Part shown: positions 1 through 11,604 of the stretch, piece after piece
Layout of the letters: every line of letters begins with the position of its first letter
Numbering within the stretch: the first letter of the stretch is position 1
Assembly: GCA_977017645.1 (NCBI GenBank)
Contig: OZ360253.1
Location: 25,544,001 to 25,608,000, forward strand
Direction: 5' to 3'
Source: Torpedo marmorata
Taxonomy: Eukaryota
Length of the DNA: 64,000 bases
The notes under the pieces: generated by a model
Told to the model about the DNA's origin: nothing
Databases searched by the model: none
What the model saw: the letters and a program-made list of their open reading frames with translations, nothing else
Position numbers and translations under genes: made by a program

Positions 1-139
1 AATTCTATAGATTCACCACCCTCTGGGAAAAGCAGTTCCTCCTCATCTCCATCCTAAATCTAATACCCTGAATCTTGAGGCTATGTCCCCTAGTTCTGGT
101 CTCCCCCACCAATGGAAACAACTTGCCTACCTCTATCTA

Positions 140-983
140 ATCAGAATCAGAATTTATTGTCATGAACAAGTCATGAAATTCGGTGTTTTGCGGCAGCATC
201 ATTGTGCAAACATTCATATTATAACCATCTTACGACATTACTATAAAAATATATATAAATAATAGTGCACGAAAAGTAAGGCAGTGTCTTTGGTTCATTA
301 AGAAGTAAACACGAAAATCTGCAGACACCATAATAATGTAGTAAAAAACACAAATGCTGGAGAACTCAGCAGGTCAAACAGTGTCTTTTATGTAGCAAAG
401 GTAGAAATACATAACCGACGTTTCAGGCTTGAGCCCTTCTTTCAAAGTCTTTGGTTCATTGATTATTCAGGAATCTGATGGCAGCGGGGAAGAAGCTGTC
501 CTTGTGCTCGACTTTAGGCTCCTGTACCTTTTACCCGATGGTAGCAGAATGAAGAGGGCATGGCCTGGGTGGTGGGGGTCTTTGAGGATAGAGGCTGTTT
601 TTTAAGACACCACCTCGTGTAGATGTCCTCGATGGAGTGAAGTTTGGTGCCTGTGATGTCACAGGCCGAGTTAACAACCCTTGGAGTTTATTCTTGTCCT
701 GAGAGTTGGCGCCACCATACCAGGCAGTGATGCAACCAGCCAAAATGCTCTCCACGGTACACCTGTAGAAGTTTACGAGAGTATTCGGTGACATACCGAA
801 TCTCCTCAGACAACTCACAAAGTATAGCCGCTGGCGAGCCTTCTTTGTGATTGCATCAACGTGGATGCTCCAGGACAGATCCTCGGAGATATTGACACGC
901 AGGAATTTGAAGTTCTTAACCCTCTCCACTACTGAGCCCTCGATGAGGACTGGGTCGTGTTCCCCTGACTTCCTCCTGAAGTC
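140..983 (-). mobile_element. Rex1/Babar LINE, subfamily A, 5'-truncated
   Basis: DFRRKSGEHDP..NFKF..ISEDLSW..KKARQRLYF..GCITAWYG; 3' tail TGACAATAAA+(TTCTGA)n. Confidence 0.9.
300..446 (-). mobile_element. Short Penelope-related element inserted in the Rex1 3' UTR
   Basis: 14-bp direct repeat gtctttggttcatt at 286-299 and 447-460; insert carries the gaagggctcaagcctgaaacgtc and gacctgctgagttctccagca motifs also found next to the Penelope remnant at ~6955-7445. Confidence 0.75.
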
Positions 984-1149
984 AATGCCTTTCATAATTT
1001 TATATGTTTCTATAAGATCCCCTCTCATTCTTCTAAATTTCAGCGAGTACAGTCTCAATCTCTCCTCATAAGCTAACCCTCTCATCTCTGGAATCAACCC
1101 AGTTAACATAACAGCTTGGTAAGGTGCTGCATCGCAGTTGCAGTCCCCC

Positions 1150-1470
1150 AAGGCCCATCACAACCTTATGTGCTGTCTGTGTGGAGTTTGCACTCTCCGT
1201 GAGACATCCCAGGCTTCCTCCAGGTGCTCTAGTTCCCTCCCACATCCCAAAGCCGTACAGATTAGTGGGGTAGCTGAAGCAATGAATTCCATCAATTGTG
1301 CTGAAGAGTGGCAGAATATTTTTTTGAGGGTGGGTGGGATGGGGTAGGAGGCAGTTGATGGAAATGCAGGGAGAAGAAAATGGGATTTGTGGAGGATGAG
1401 TGAAAATAGGTGCTTGATAATTGGCACAGGCTCGCTGGGACAAAGAGCCTGATTTCTTGCTGGATCTATC
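1150..1470 (+). mobile_element. Old V-SINE copy
   Basis: Degenerate V-domain tgtgtggagtttgcactctcc...ggcttcctccaggtgctctagttccctcccacatcccaaag. Confidence 0.65.
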
Positions 1471-1535
1471 AATGACAATGTCACGAAAAATACTTTGAAT
1501 AGTGCTTAAGGCTTAGTATTTTACTAAAAGCTTTG

Positions 1536-1908
1536 ATCAGAATCAGAATTTATTGCCATGAACAAGTCACAAAATTTGTGTTTTGCGGCAGCGTCGTAGC
1601 GCAAACATTCATATAAACCATCTCACAAAAATAAATAAAAATAGTGGACAAAAAGTTAAAGTAAAGCAGTGTCTTTGGGACATTGATTATTCAGGAATCT
1701 GATGGCAGCGGGGAAGAAGCTGTCCTTGTGCCGTTGAGTGCTCCTCTTCAGGCTCCTGTACCTTTAGCCCGATGTAGCAGAGTGAAGAGGGCATGGCCTG
1801 GGTGGTGGTGGTCCTTGAGGATAGAGGCTGCTTTCTTAAGACACCGCCTCTCGTAGATGTCCTCGATGGAGTGAAGTCTGGTGCCCGTGATGTCGCAGGC
1901 CGAGTTAA
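1536..1908 (-). mobile_element. Rex1 subfamily A 3' fragment
   Basis: Homologous to the 3' part of 140-983; (TTCTGA)n tail. Confidence 0.85.
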
Positions 1909-2499
1909 CTGGTGCAATGCATATTCATGAATACAAGAAAGAAAAACAGTCAATCACATGCCTGCTCTGCTATTCCATCAGATCATGGCTGATCTTTTAC
2001 CTCATTGTTAATCTCCTGTATTTACACCTAATTACTTTAACATTCAATAAACAATATTTAAATATGAGAATGAATTGCGTATATTTCACATTCCTTTTTG
2101 GACATTTATAAAGTGGTTTACAGCCAATTAAGTTGTAAAGTCTGAATCAAATTATTCACAGAAGGATTACAGTTTCTTTTCTGCCATTGTCAGACTCCTG
2201 AATGAATCTCATAATGGGATCATTATGTTGCCTATGCTCTGTGTCACCTGAGTATAACTCTGCACTTCTGCACTGTGTCTCTCTTGTTGGACTATGTGTA
2301 ACTGGGCTGCTCGCAAAACAACCTCTCTCACTGCATCTTGGTACGTGACAATAAACTTGAACACATACTGGACCATCTGCTGCAATAATTTTGACGGAGA
2401 GTTGAATATTGGCTAAGGCAGTGGGGAAATCTCCTCCGCTGTTCTTTAAAGTAGCTTCATGAGGAGTCAGACCCAAGGAAGCAGAAGAAGTTTGGTTCA

Positions 2500-2985
2500 A
2501 AACACTCTGCTGGAGCACCTCAGCAAGTCGAGCAGCATCAGTGAGAGAAAAAGAATGATAAATTCTGTTATGCCCCCTGTCTAATCCCTCACACCCTCTC
2601 CTCATTTTAGTGGACTATCTTCACTCAGTCTTGATGAAGGGTGCAGCCAGAAATTTAAATTAAAATTTTAAATTTAGACATACAGCATGGTAACAGATCC
2701 TCTCGGCCCACGAGCCCGCGCCGCCCAATTATACCCAATTAATCTACAACCTCCGGTATGTTTTTTTTTGAATGGTGGGAGGAAACCGGAGAACCTGAAG
2801 GAAACCCACGCAGAAACGGGGAGAAGATAGAAACTCCTTACAGGCAGCGCGGGATTTGAACCCCGGTCCCGATCGCTGGCGCTGTAACAGCGTTGCGCTA
2901 ACCGTGTCGACCATTCTTTCTTTCCCACTGATGCTGCTCGAGCTGCCGAGTTCCTCCGGCAGACTGTGTTTCTCGCTCCAATCTC
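2500..2985. mobile_element. Palindromic Penelope-related element interrupted by a SINE
   Basis: Left arm tgctggagcacctcagcaagtcgagcagcatcagtg is the reverse complement of right arm cactgatgctgctcgagctgccgagttcctccggca; ttgatgaaggg...gaaa motif at ~2631-2653. Confidence 0.6.
2651..2908 (-). mobile_element. tRNA-derived HE1/V-SINE
   Basis: B-box-like ggttcaaatcc, V-domain, and tail gctgtatgtcta+(aattta)n on the minus strand. Confidence 0.9.
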
Positions 2986-3344
2986 CAGTCGTCTCCTGGG
3001 TCTTGAGGTTCGACAGTGCAGTTCTCCCTAAGTTCTGTACCAGAGTCTCAGCCTATGTTCTAGTGCTCGAGTTTCCAGAGTGGGGCTTGAACAGAACTTT
3101 CTGAGTACAAGTCAAGGTGATAATGAGCTCTCTCACTGCTGAAGTACAGCACTTGGTAACAGATAACCCACATGGACATAACTTGGCATCTACCTGGCTG
3201 CCAAAGTGAGGCGAGTCAGTCTGTAAACCAAAGAGTGACCAAGTAATCTCAGCTTGTCTAAAGCAGCTATTCTTAACCTGCTTTTGCCTATTGACCCCCT
3301 TAGGACTCTGCTCAAAGTTTACAGGCCCCCTTCCCTGTGAAGCA

Positions 3345-3700
3345 GTCAAATTTAGTCAAGTCAAGTTTATTGTCATCTGATTGTACAAGTACAACCCGAT
3401 GAAACAGCGTTCTCCGGTCCTCGGTGCAAAACACGCAGACACACAACCAGACATAACACACGTACATATGCAGGACAAGTATTCATCTATACAAATAAAT
3501 AAATAAATATTGTTTCATGAATGTGAGAGTCTCGGATGGTTAGTGTGAGCAGTTCCTATGGTCGTTCAACATTCTCACTTGCCCGTGGGAGGAAGCTGTT
3601 CCTCAGCCTGGTGGTGCTGGCTCTAATACTCCTGTATCTCTTTCCCGATGGGAGCAGCCAAAAGATGCTGTGTGTGAGGTGGAAGGGGCCCTCAATGATT
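3345..3700 (-). mobile_element. Rex1 subfamily C 3' fragment
   Basis: IIE.PFH.THSIF...RYRSIRASTTRLRNSF-type end; tail TGACAATAAA+(CTTGA)n. Confidence 0.85.
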
Positions 3701-4067
3701 TAGTTGTTTTTTTCCATACTCCTCTCCCCGTTGAGAATGGGTGGTCTAAAAGTTTTATCGAACTTTTATAACACAGAAAAAGTCCTTTCAGGTCTCAGCT
3801 GTATGCTGGATCCAAAGAAATCAGTCCCATTTTACATGAACCAATATTATAAGCAGCAAGCTTCAGATCAGAACTATTGTCTCTGAATAAAAGTTTACTT
3901 CACAGCCCCTTTGTATCATTTACCCCCAATTTGAAATCTGCGCCTTCTGTTTTTAAACTGGAGAAAAATGTTTGGCCAATTTGCCATCAACCCATCTGAT
4001 AATAAGATCACAGTGATGGATGGTCTACAAGTTAAACAAGAATGTCTATAGTCGCTGGGGTCGAGTG

Positions 4068-4280
4068 CAATACACAAACGCGCTGGAGAAACGCAGCAGG
4101 TCACGCAGTATCCAGAGGAAGTAAAGCGTAACCAACGTTTCGGGTCTGGGGCCTTCATCAGATGAGCCTCAGGTAATACCTGATGAAGAGTCCAACCCTT
4201 AAAAATTGGACCCCCTATTATTGGCCAAATAATCTGGATACTGCGTGTCCTGCTGAGTTTCTCCAGCACGTTTATGTATC
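4068..4280. mobile_element. Palindromic Penelope-related element with hammerhead cores on both strands
   Basis: Arms gctggagaaacgcagcaggtcacgcagtatccaga and tctggatactgcgtgtcctgctgagtttctccagc; CTGATGA at 4180-4186 (+) and 4161-4155 (-). Confidence 0.7.
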
Positions 4281-4317
4281 GCTGTATGGTCTATACCTGC
4301 TTCTGATTCTTATGGTT

Positions 4318-4712
4318 AGTTCAAGATCAACTTTAAGTTCAAGTTTATTATCATCCGATTGTCAAGTACAACCCGACAAAACAGTGTTCTCCTGTCCTTA
4401 GTGCAAAAACATGCAAACACATATCCAGACGTATCACACATACAGACAAATGATACGTATGCAGTACGTATATACATATATAAAATTAAATATTGTTTAA
4501 TAAATAGTAGAGTCTCGGAGCGTTTGTATGAGCAGTTCATTTCAGTCGCTCAGCAGCCTCACTGCCTGTGGGTAGAAGCTATTTCTCAGCCTGGTGGTTC
4601 TAGCTCCGATACTCTTGTATCTCTTTCCCGATGGGAGTAGCTGAAATATGCTGCGTGCGGGTTGGTAGAGGTCCTCAAAGGTTTTGCGAGCCCTCTTCAA
4701 ACAATGATACCG
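4318..4712 (-). mobile_element. Rex1 subfamily C 3' fragment
   Basis: Homologous to 3345-3700; (CTTGAA)n tail. Confidence 0.8.
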
Positions 4713-5516
4713 GGATAGTCACCAGACACAAATACTACGCCTGCGACAATGCAGCTTTTGTAAACTAAAACCACTATCCCCTTCTCACCCTCCATCTCAA
4801 CAGTCACTTTGCATACTTGCACTGTTGGTAAGAGAGATGTAAATCAAGGGAAATTCAAACTTGCAGGGTATTAAAATACTGAAAAATTGTTTGGCAGTAT
4901 TCTGATTTGCATTGTTTAGCTCTGTTCCACTCATGGGTTTACCTGTCAAGTGTTTAGCCTTTTTAAAAGCTGGCATCTGCCTTGATAGAAGCTCATCTTT
5001 GCTAAGTGTATAATAACACAAGTCACTTTCTGTTAAGTGTGCAGCTTTACAGCTCACACACCCCTCCATTTCGAACAGAACAAAATGCAAATCTGCTAAT
5101 AGTTCATTTATCTCCTAAAGTCAAGTCAATTTAAATATGCTTGAAGCTCTTTGTGATTTTAACTATCTATTGCAATGTAATAATGGATAACCACCTGAGG
5201 AGATGAGAATGGAAAGGTTTGATGTTAAGGAGTTTGCGGAGGTTTGCTATTACATCGGAAACCTTGGCAAACTTCCGCCGATGTGTGGTGGATTTACGGC
5301 CTGGTATGGAGGCACCAATACCCCTGAGTGGAAAGCCCTGCAAAAGGTAGTGGACACATCCCAGGACATCACAGGCCAAACTCTCCCCACCACTGAGAAA
5401 ATCCACATGGAACGTTTCTGTCAGAGAGCAGCAGGAATCATCACGGATCCATACCACCCAGGGCAATCTCTGTTCTCATTGCTGCCATTAGAAAAGAGGT
5501 ATAAAGGTGAAGGTTC

Positions 5517-5751
5517 AATAACCTCTATGGTAGAATTAGTTTGAAGTTTGTTGTCTCCTCACTCTATTTTTCTATCTTTCTTTTTTCTTTCTCTCTTTTA
5601 CTATATTTTTTTTTAGAATAGTGGGGATATAGGGGTTAGGGAGGGGAGGGTGGGAAGGGGGGGAGAAAATGTATATCACATGTATTTTCAAATATATGCA
5701 TTTTATTTTATGTATTATGTGATTTAAAAATTTAAATAAAATTTAAAAAAA
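5517..5751 (+). mobile_element. L1-like 3' UTR with poly(A)
   Basis: 14-bp TSD aaaggtgaaggttc (5503-5516 and 5752-5765), G-rich tract, AATAAA and A-tail; no coding sequence retained, so the L1 assignment is by analogy with 38553 and 61459. Confidence 0.65.
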
Positions 5752-5765
5752 AAAGGTGAAGGTTC

Positions 5766-5858
5766 CATTATTGTCACGTAATACTACATTTAGAATGTAA
5801 CATACATGAAATTCTTTAATTTTTGTCTACCGTAAGGCAGACAGTGGGTCGCTATCGC
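5766..5858 (-). mobile_element. 5'-truncated copy of the 5S-derived SINE tail
   Basis: Near-identical reverse complement of 10101-10195. Confidence 0.85.
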
Positions 5859-6364
5859 CACAAGACTCGCACCACCAGGTTCAGGATCAGTTGCTACCCC
5901 TCCACCATCAGCGTCCTAAACAACAAACTTAATCAGAGACTCATTTAAGATTCGTACTTTGCACATTATTTATTACTGAAAATTTATTCTTCTGTATTGC
6001 ACAGTTTGTTTACATTTCTTTCTTTCTTTACATTTCTCTCTTTTGGATATGCATCTTTTTCTTGAGTACAGTTTACAGTTACCAATAAGTAGAAATTCTG
6101 CCTGGCTTCACATGAAAAAGAAACTCAGGATTGTATATGATGACATGAATGCACTCCAACAATAAATTTGAACTTTGACTTAACTTTGACCTCCAAGTTC
6201 CAGAACAGATTTTTTTCCCCAATGCCCATCAGGCTCTAGAACCTTCTCTTATTACATAAACCATCAACTACACCAGACCACCAAAAGAACTGTCCGCACT
6301 ATTGAAACACCACTTTTCTTGTTCTGCTGAAACTGTGAATATTTATTATCTGTCTATCCCTTCA

Positions 6365-6955
6365 CGCGTATACTCGTGTAAAAGTCGACACCATGTAAAA
6401 GTCGACCCCCTATTTTTGGCCAAATAATCTGGAATTTTCCATTTATCTCATGTAAAAGGCGACCCTTGTCTCACACCTCGGCCCCGGCCGCCCGCAGGCC
6501 GGAGCTCCCGACGCCTTGATTGCGAACTCGTGCCTCGGCCCCGGCCGCCTGCTGATCGGAACGCCCGACGCCTCAACCGCAGACTTCCCAGCCACCCGCC
6601 CATCGGAGCTCCCGATGCCTCGAACGTGGACTCAAGTCTCGGCCGCCTGCCCATCGGAACTCCCGACACGTCGGTCGTGAACTCACACCTCGGCCCCGGC
6701 CACCCGCCAATCGGAATTCTCGACCCCTCCGACGTGGTAGGACGTGTGTTTGATGTGCAGACTCTGTATTGTTATTTTAATTCATTCTGTTTTTGTTCTT
6801 TATTTGTTTGGAGATCATTTGACCTGCTACTGATACAGCATTTTTGGATTCCAGTGTGAATTTTAGCCCCTCAAAAGTAGTATCCACGTATTGGTCGACC
6901 CCATAAATTTAACATTAAAAAATCATCTACTAAATTCGACTTTTACACAAATAAA
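6365..6955. mobile_element. pogo/Tigger-type non-autonomous DNA transposon with internal GC-rich tandem repeat
   Basis: Inverted ends gtgtaaaagtcga / tcgacttttacac; repeated tgtaaaagtcgacc motifs; ~5 degenerate units of about 58 bp at ~6470-6735. Confidence 0.7.
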
Positions 6956-7445
6956 AACACACTGAAATGCTGGAGGAACTCAGCCGGTCTTTCAGCGTCC
7001 ATAGGAGACAAACATATAATGCCGAAGTTTTGGGCCTGAGCCCTTCTTCAAGGAATAAGCAGAATGAGCAAAAAATAGGAAGTCTCAGAATACAGACAGT
7101 TCTGGCTGAGGGAGGAATGCAGACCAACAAAAGATGTTAATTGGATACGATAAGAGGCAAGGTGAGAATTGATTGTGTCTGTGCGAAAGGAGACAGGGAA
7201 AAAGGAAGAGAGACAGAGCTGGGGGAAGAAGTGGGGGGGGGTTTAGCGAAAGCCAGAGAAGACGATATTAATGCCATCCAGTTGGAGGGTACACAGTCGG
7301 AAGATGAGGTGTTGTTCCTCCAATTTGCGGGTGGTCTCACTCTGGCAGTGCATGAGACCATGGACAGACACTTCAGCAAGGGGATGGAGCGGGGAATTGA
7401 AATGGGTGGCCACTGGGAGATCCACGCTGTGGCAGCGGACAGAGA
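6955..7445 (-). mobile_element. Penelope-like element 3' remnant (GIY-YIG C-terminus and terminal repeat)
   Basis: ORF 7243-7425 reads PVATHFNS...RKLEEQHLIFRLCTLQLDGINIVFS, the characteristic vertebrate Penelope endonuclease end, followed by a degenerate hammerhead motif. Confidence 0.85.
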
Positions 7446-7917
7446 CACGAGTATATACGGCATATTTATTCTCTCTTTTCTGTACTTGGGTAATTTAATG
7501 TACACTATTGGAACCGTTTTATCACAGAAGTACGAGTTTGGCTGCAGCAAGTAAGAATTTTGATGCATGTGTAGATTGTATTTCTGTGCATGACAATACA
7601 CTCATAATCATATTAAATGGTAGGAAGGCTCGGGGGATGGATGGCTTCTCTTACTGCTGATTTGTTGTTGATGTGTTCCCAGATGTGTCGTCGATGAAAA
7701 TAATTCCATCACTGGGATCAGTTCTGGCAGAATTGAATGAGAAGACTCGATGCGCAGGTGGGAGTTGCCTTTGGCTTCCTGTTTAATTAAAGAATTTCTT
7801 TCTCGGAGACCACAAAAATCAGACGACAAGCCCCATCCAGGCACATCGTTTCCTGAAAGTTGCTTTAGGTAGGAGACAGTCACAAAGGGGACCAGAGAAA
7901 CTTCCGCTGAGGCTAAA

Positions 7918-8470
7918 TCATGAAGAAGGCTCGCCAGTGGCTATACTTTGTGAGGTGTTTGAGGAGATTCGGTATGTCACCGAAGACTCTCGGAAACTCC
8001 TGCAGGTGTACCGTGGAGAGCATTCTGGCTGGTTGCATCACTGCCTGTTACGGAGGTGCCAACGCTCAGGACAAGAATAAACTCCAGAGGGTTGTTAACT
8101 CAACCTGCGACATCACAGGCACCAGACTTCACTCCATCAAGGACATCTACAAGAGGCGGTGTCATAAGAAAGCAGCCTCTATCCTCAGCCACCACCCAGG
8201 CCATGCCCTCTTACCTCTCCTACCATCGGGAGAAAAAGACAGGAGCCTAAAGACGATCACTCTTAGCACAAGGACAGTTTCTTCCCGGCTGCCATAAGAT
8301 TCCTGAATGATCAATGAACCAAAGATACTGCCTTACTTTGACATTTCATGCACAATTTTTATTTATTTTTGCAAGGTGGTTTATATGAATGTTTTCACTG
8401 TGAATCTGCCGCAGAACAACGAATTTCGTGACTTGTTCATAACAATAAATTCTGATTTTGATTCTGATTC
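7918..8470 (+). mobile_element. Rex1 subfamily A 3' fragment
   Basis: KKARQWLYFVRCLRRFGMSPKTL..GCITA..; (TTCTGA)n tail. Confidence 0.9.
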
Positions 8471-8739
8471 TAGAGGAGAACGAACTTGGTTCCCGAGACA
8501 ATTCCTTACCTATACGCATTCAGGGTGGGGTTGGAATTCAAGGATAAGAAAAACTAAAGAGCTCATAATAAAGGCTGACATGAATCCCAAGAGGATGAGC
8601 AAGGATATTTTGCATCATTTGGATATCTTGTTTTGCTCTGTATCACGGTGACAACAGCACACTGGTTTGATCTGAAGCTTATCCTTAACAGCCAGCTACT
8701 TCACGTGTGGTGTTTCAGGCATTTAGTTTTGTTGCTCAG

Positions 8740-9495
8740 TAGATTTCAGATTTTTTTCAGATTGCAGATTTATTGTCAGAGTACATACATGACATCACTT
8801 ACAATCCTGAGATTCTTTTTCCTGCGGGCGAGGGAGAATTACCACTTATTGGTAGGCAAAAAGAACTGTACTCAACGTACACATGTAAACAAATAAAGAA
8901 ATGTAAACAAACTGTGCAATACAGCGAGAAAAAAAAATCAGTAAAGTGCAAAAGTAGGAGTCCTTAAAGGAGTACCTGATTGAGTTTGTTGTTGAGGAGT
9001 CTGATGGTGGAGGGGTAGCAGCTGTTCCTGAACCTGGTGGTGCGAGTCTTGTGGCACCTATACCTCTTTCCTGATGATAGCAGCGAGAACAGAGCGTGTG
9101 CTGGGTGGTGTGGATCATTGATGATTGCTGCTGATCTCCGACGGCAGCATTCCCTGCAGATGTTCTCGATGGTAGGGAGCATTTTGCCAGTGATGTCCTG
9201 GGTTGTGGCCACTACCTTTTGCAGGGCTTTCCGCTCAGGGGTATTGGTTTCCCTATACCAGGCTGTGATGCAGCCATCAGCACACTTTCCACCACACATC
9301 TAGGTTTCCGATGTCATACCAAACCTCCACAACCTCCTGAGGAAGTAGAGGCGCTGATGTGCTTTCTTCATGATGCCATTAGTGTGTTGGGTCCAGGAAA
9401 GATCTTCTGAGATAGTGACTCCCAAGAACTTATGCTCACCCTCTCCACCTCTGATCCCCCAATAATCACTGGATCAGACACCTCTGGTTTTCCCG
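8740..9495 (-). mobile_element. Rex1 subfamily B, 5'-truncated
   Basis: NTPERKALQKVV..HHPAHALFSLLSSGKRYRCHKTRTTRFRNSCYP; (TCTGAAA)n-type tail. Confidence 0.9.
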
Positions 9496-9959
9496 CAATA
9501 GCCACATATGTGAGTGTCCCTTTGCTTTAATATCTGATGGTGTGTTAGGAATGAACCTACGCCTTCTCCCACCACTCTGCCTTCTCTTGGAGACTGGGAA
9601 AACCTTAAATACACATCCTTCTAATGCACACTTAAATTCTCCCTTAACATGATCGCATTGTTCCTATTTCCCCCAACTCCACTGACCCACTACTCGTCAA
9701 TATTCACAACCCCCTTATCCCCAACCATTTGCAATCGAAAGGGCTGGTCGACAAAGTGGGAAGAGTGTTTTTTTTACTGGCACGAGCCAGCATACATTAC
9801 AAGCTCCACTTGGAATAATCGTTCCTTCTGTACTTCACTGAACAATTAAATTGCTCGAAACCTTTCCTATTTTTTTGTTAATTTATCCCTGTTCTCCATG
9901 TGTATTGCCCCAGAGTCACAATGAAACACTAATAGCCTGTGCTTAGTGCGTTTGACCAA

Positions 9960-10204
9960 TACAACAGCACCAATAGCCTGAATACGACTGGGATTGTCTG
10001 ATCTCGGAAGCTAAGCAGGCACAGGACTGGTCAGTACTTGGAGGGGAGACCGCCAAGGAACACCAGGTGCTGTAGGTTTCTGTGAGGGGCGCTGGACAAA
10101 GTAGCGACTCTCTGTCTGCCTTACGGTAGACAAAAATGAAAGAATTTCATGTATGTTACATTCTAAATGTAGTATTACGTGACAATAATGGAACCTTTAC
10201 CTTT
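9960..10204 (+). mobile_element. 5S rRNA-derived SINE (SINE3-type) with Rex1-type 3' tail
   Basis: 9960-10079 aligns end to end with vertebrate 5S rRNA (gtctgatctcggaagctaagcagg...tggtcagtacttggaggggagaccgcc...ccaggtgctgtagg); followed by a ~125-nt tail ending gtgacaataatgga(accttt)2; second tail copy at 5766-5858. Confidence 0.85.
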
Positions 10205-10709
10205 AAAACAGAGAGAGGCCTTTCTGCCCACAGTTTGTGTCGATTATGAAGCAAATTTAAACTCCTCCAGTCAGCCAACACATAGTCTACATCCTGCCCT
10301 TCGCTGCCTGTTCACGTATCTGCCTAAAAGTACGATTATTTTATAATATTCCCTAACATCTCTTAATTAACGAATTTGCAGTCAAACGGAAGGGTTAAGA
10401 TCCCATGTAAAGGAAGAGATTAGAATTCCCTTCACATGCATTATATAAAAAAAACTATCCTTTCTAATTAGTTTTAGCTTCTATTTAATGGGAAATACAA
10501 AGATATCAGCCAAGGCAAAGAATTCCAATTGTTTGAAGGTGCACACAAGTTAATAATTAGCTTTTTTTCCTCCATGCTGAATGAAGGGTAGATACAGACA
10601 CAATCAAATACAGAGCAATGCTTGATAATAAGAATGTATTAATTTTGTACAGCTTCATTCAATTGCAGTATTGCAGTAAAAGTGTTCTGAAAATCACTAT
10701 AATGTTATG

Positions 10710-10945
10710 GTTTAAATTTAAGGTAACAGGCCCTTTTGGCCTACGAGTCCGTGCTGCCCAATTACACCTGATTCACCTACAACCCCCGCTAAGTTTTTTG
10801 AACGGCGGGAGGAAACTGGAGCCCCCCGGGGAAAACCCACGCAGACACGGACAGAACATACATCTTCCTTACAGACAGCGAAGGGATTCGAACCCCGGTC
10901 CTGATCGCTGGCGCTGTAACAGCGGTGCGCTAACCGCTACGTCGC
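10710..10945 (-). mobile_element. HE1/V-SINE
   Basis: tRNA-like head and V-domain, homologous to 2651-2908. Confidence 0.9.
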
Positions 10946-11604
10946 CCTTGGTGTTTGATGACGTTTGTTGACAGGATTTCAGAGAGAATTACAGTAATGC
11001 TTACAGGCAGGAAGACTTATGATGTCTTCCTAATCCGTGCCTTTGAGCACCGAACAGTACAGCACAGTAAAAGGCCCGACAGCCCACAATATCTGTACTG
11101 ACTCGGGAGTTCCGTCTGTTTCCTGGTCAACGGTTTCCCCCTCACCCATCATTATATTGCAGTTCACAGGAGTTTGTAGATATACAAAGCTTTTGTTATT
11201 TCCCCTTCTCCCTTACCTGGGTAAACTTCTCCCAATACGTAACCTCATGCATTCTCTGGATTAAAATCTATTTGCTATTCTTCCTTCCAACTGAACAGAC
11301 CATCTGTCGAAATCGAATCCAAAGATTTTGTCCTCAACCACGTCCAAATTTTTCATCATCTTCAAACTTATTTTTAGTATGGCACATACCTTTAAGTCAA
11401 GAGCAGTGATCAACAGTGCTCTGGTTTATCCACACATTCCAAAGACATAAACAAAAATTAAATACTAGACCCATGCCTTAATGTACAATCATACATTTTT
11501 TTCTTTGTTCCTCTCCTGTGTTCTGAGCACAAATTAGAGGTGGAATCAGGTTTAAAAGGTGGTGTTAACTTGTGGATCTTGCTTTCTTTTTCTTCAAACT
11601 GACA

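Larger units (their letters stand above)
1..1105 (-). mobile_element. CR1 (HER1-like) LINE RT C-terminal remnant, split by a Rex1 insertion (CR1 parts about 1-139 and 984-1105)
   Basis: Minus-strand translation GLIPEMRGLAYEERL..LYSLKFRRMRGDLIETYKIMKGID resumes below position 140 with a TRGHSLKI-like segment; typical CR1 ORF2 end. Confidence 0.85.
5220..6190 (+). mobile_element. Rex1 subfamily B 3' fragment with nested SINE3 tail and L1 3' end
   Basis: WYGGTNTPEWKALQKVVDTSQDITG..LLPLEKRY interrupted at 5502; resumes ~5857 with ccacaagactcgcaccaccaggttcagg. Confidence 0.85.

Noticed and set aside
531-1151. CR1-Rex1 fusion protein ORF (also 56787-57434)
   Set aside because: Chance in-frame junction where a truncated Rex1 inserted into a CR1; the CR1 resumes after the Rex tail.
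9960-10079. Functional 5S rRNA gene
   Set aside because: Many substitutions, no four-T terminator, no tandem array, and fused to a retroposon tail.
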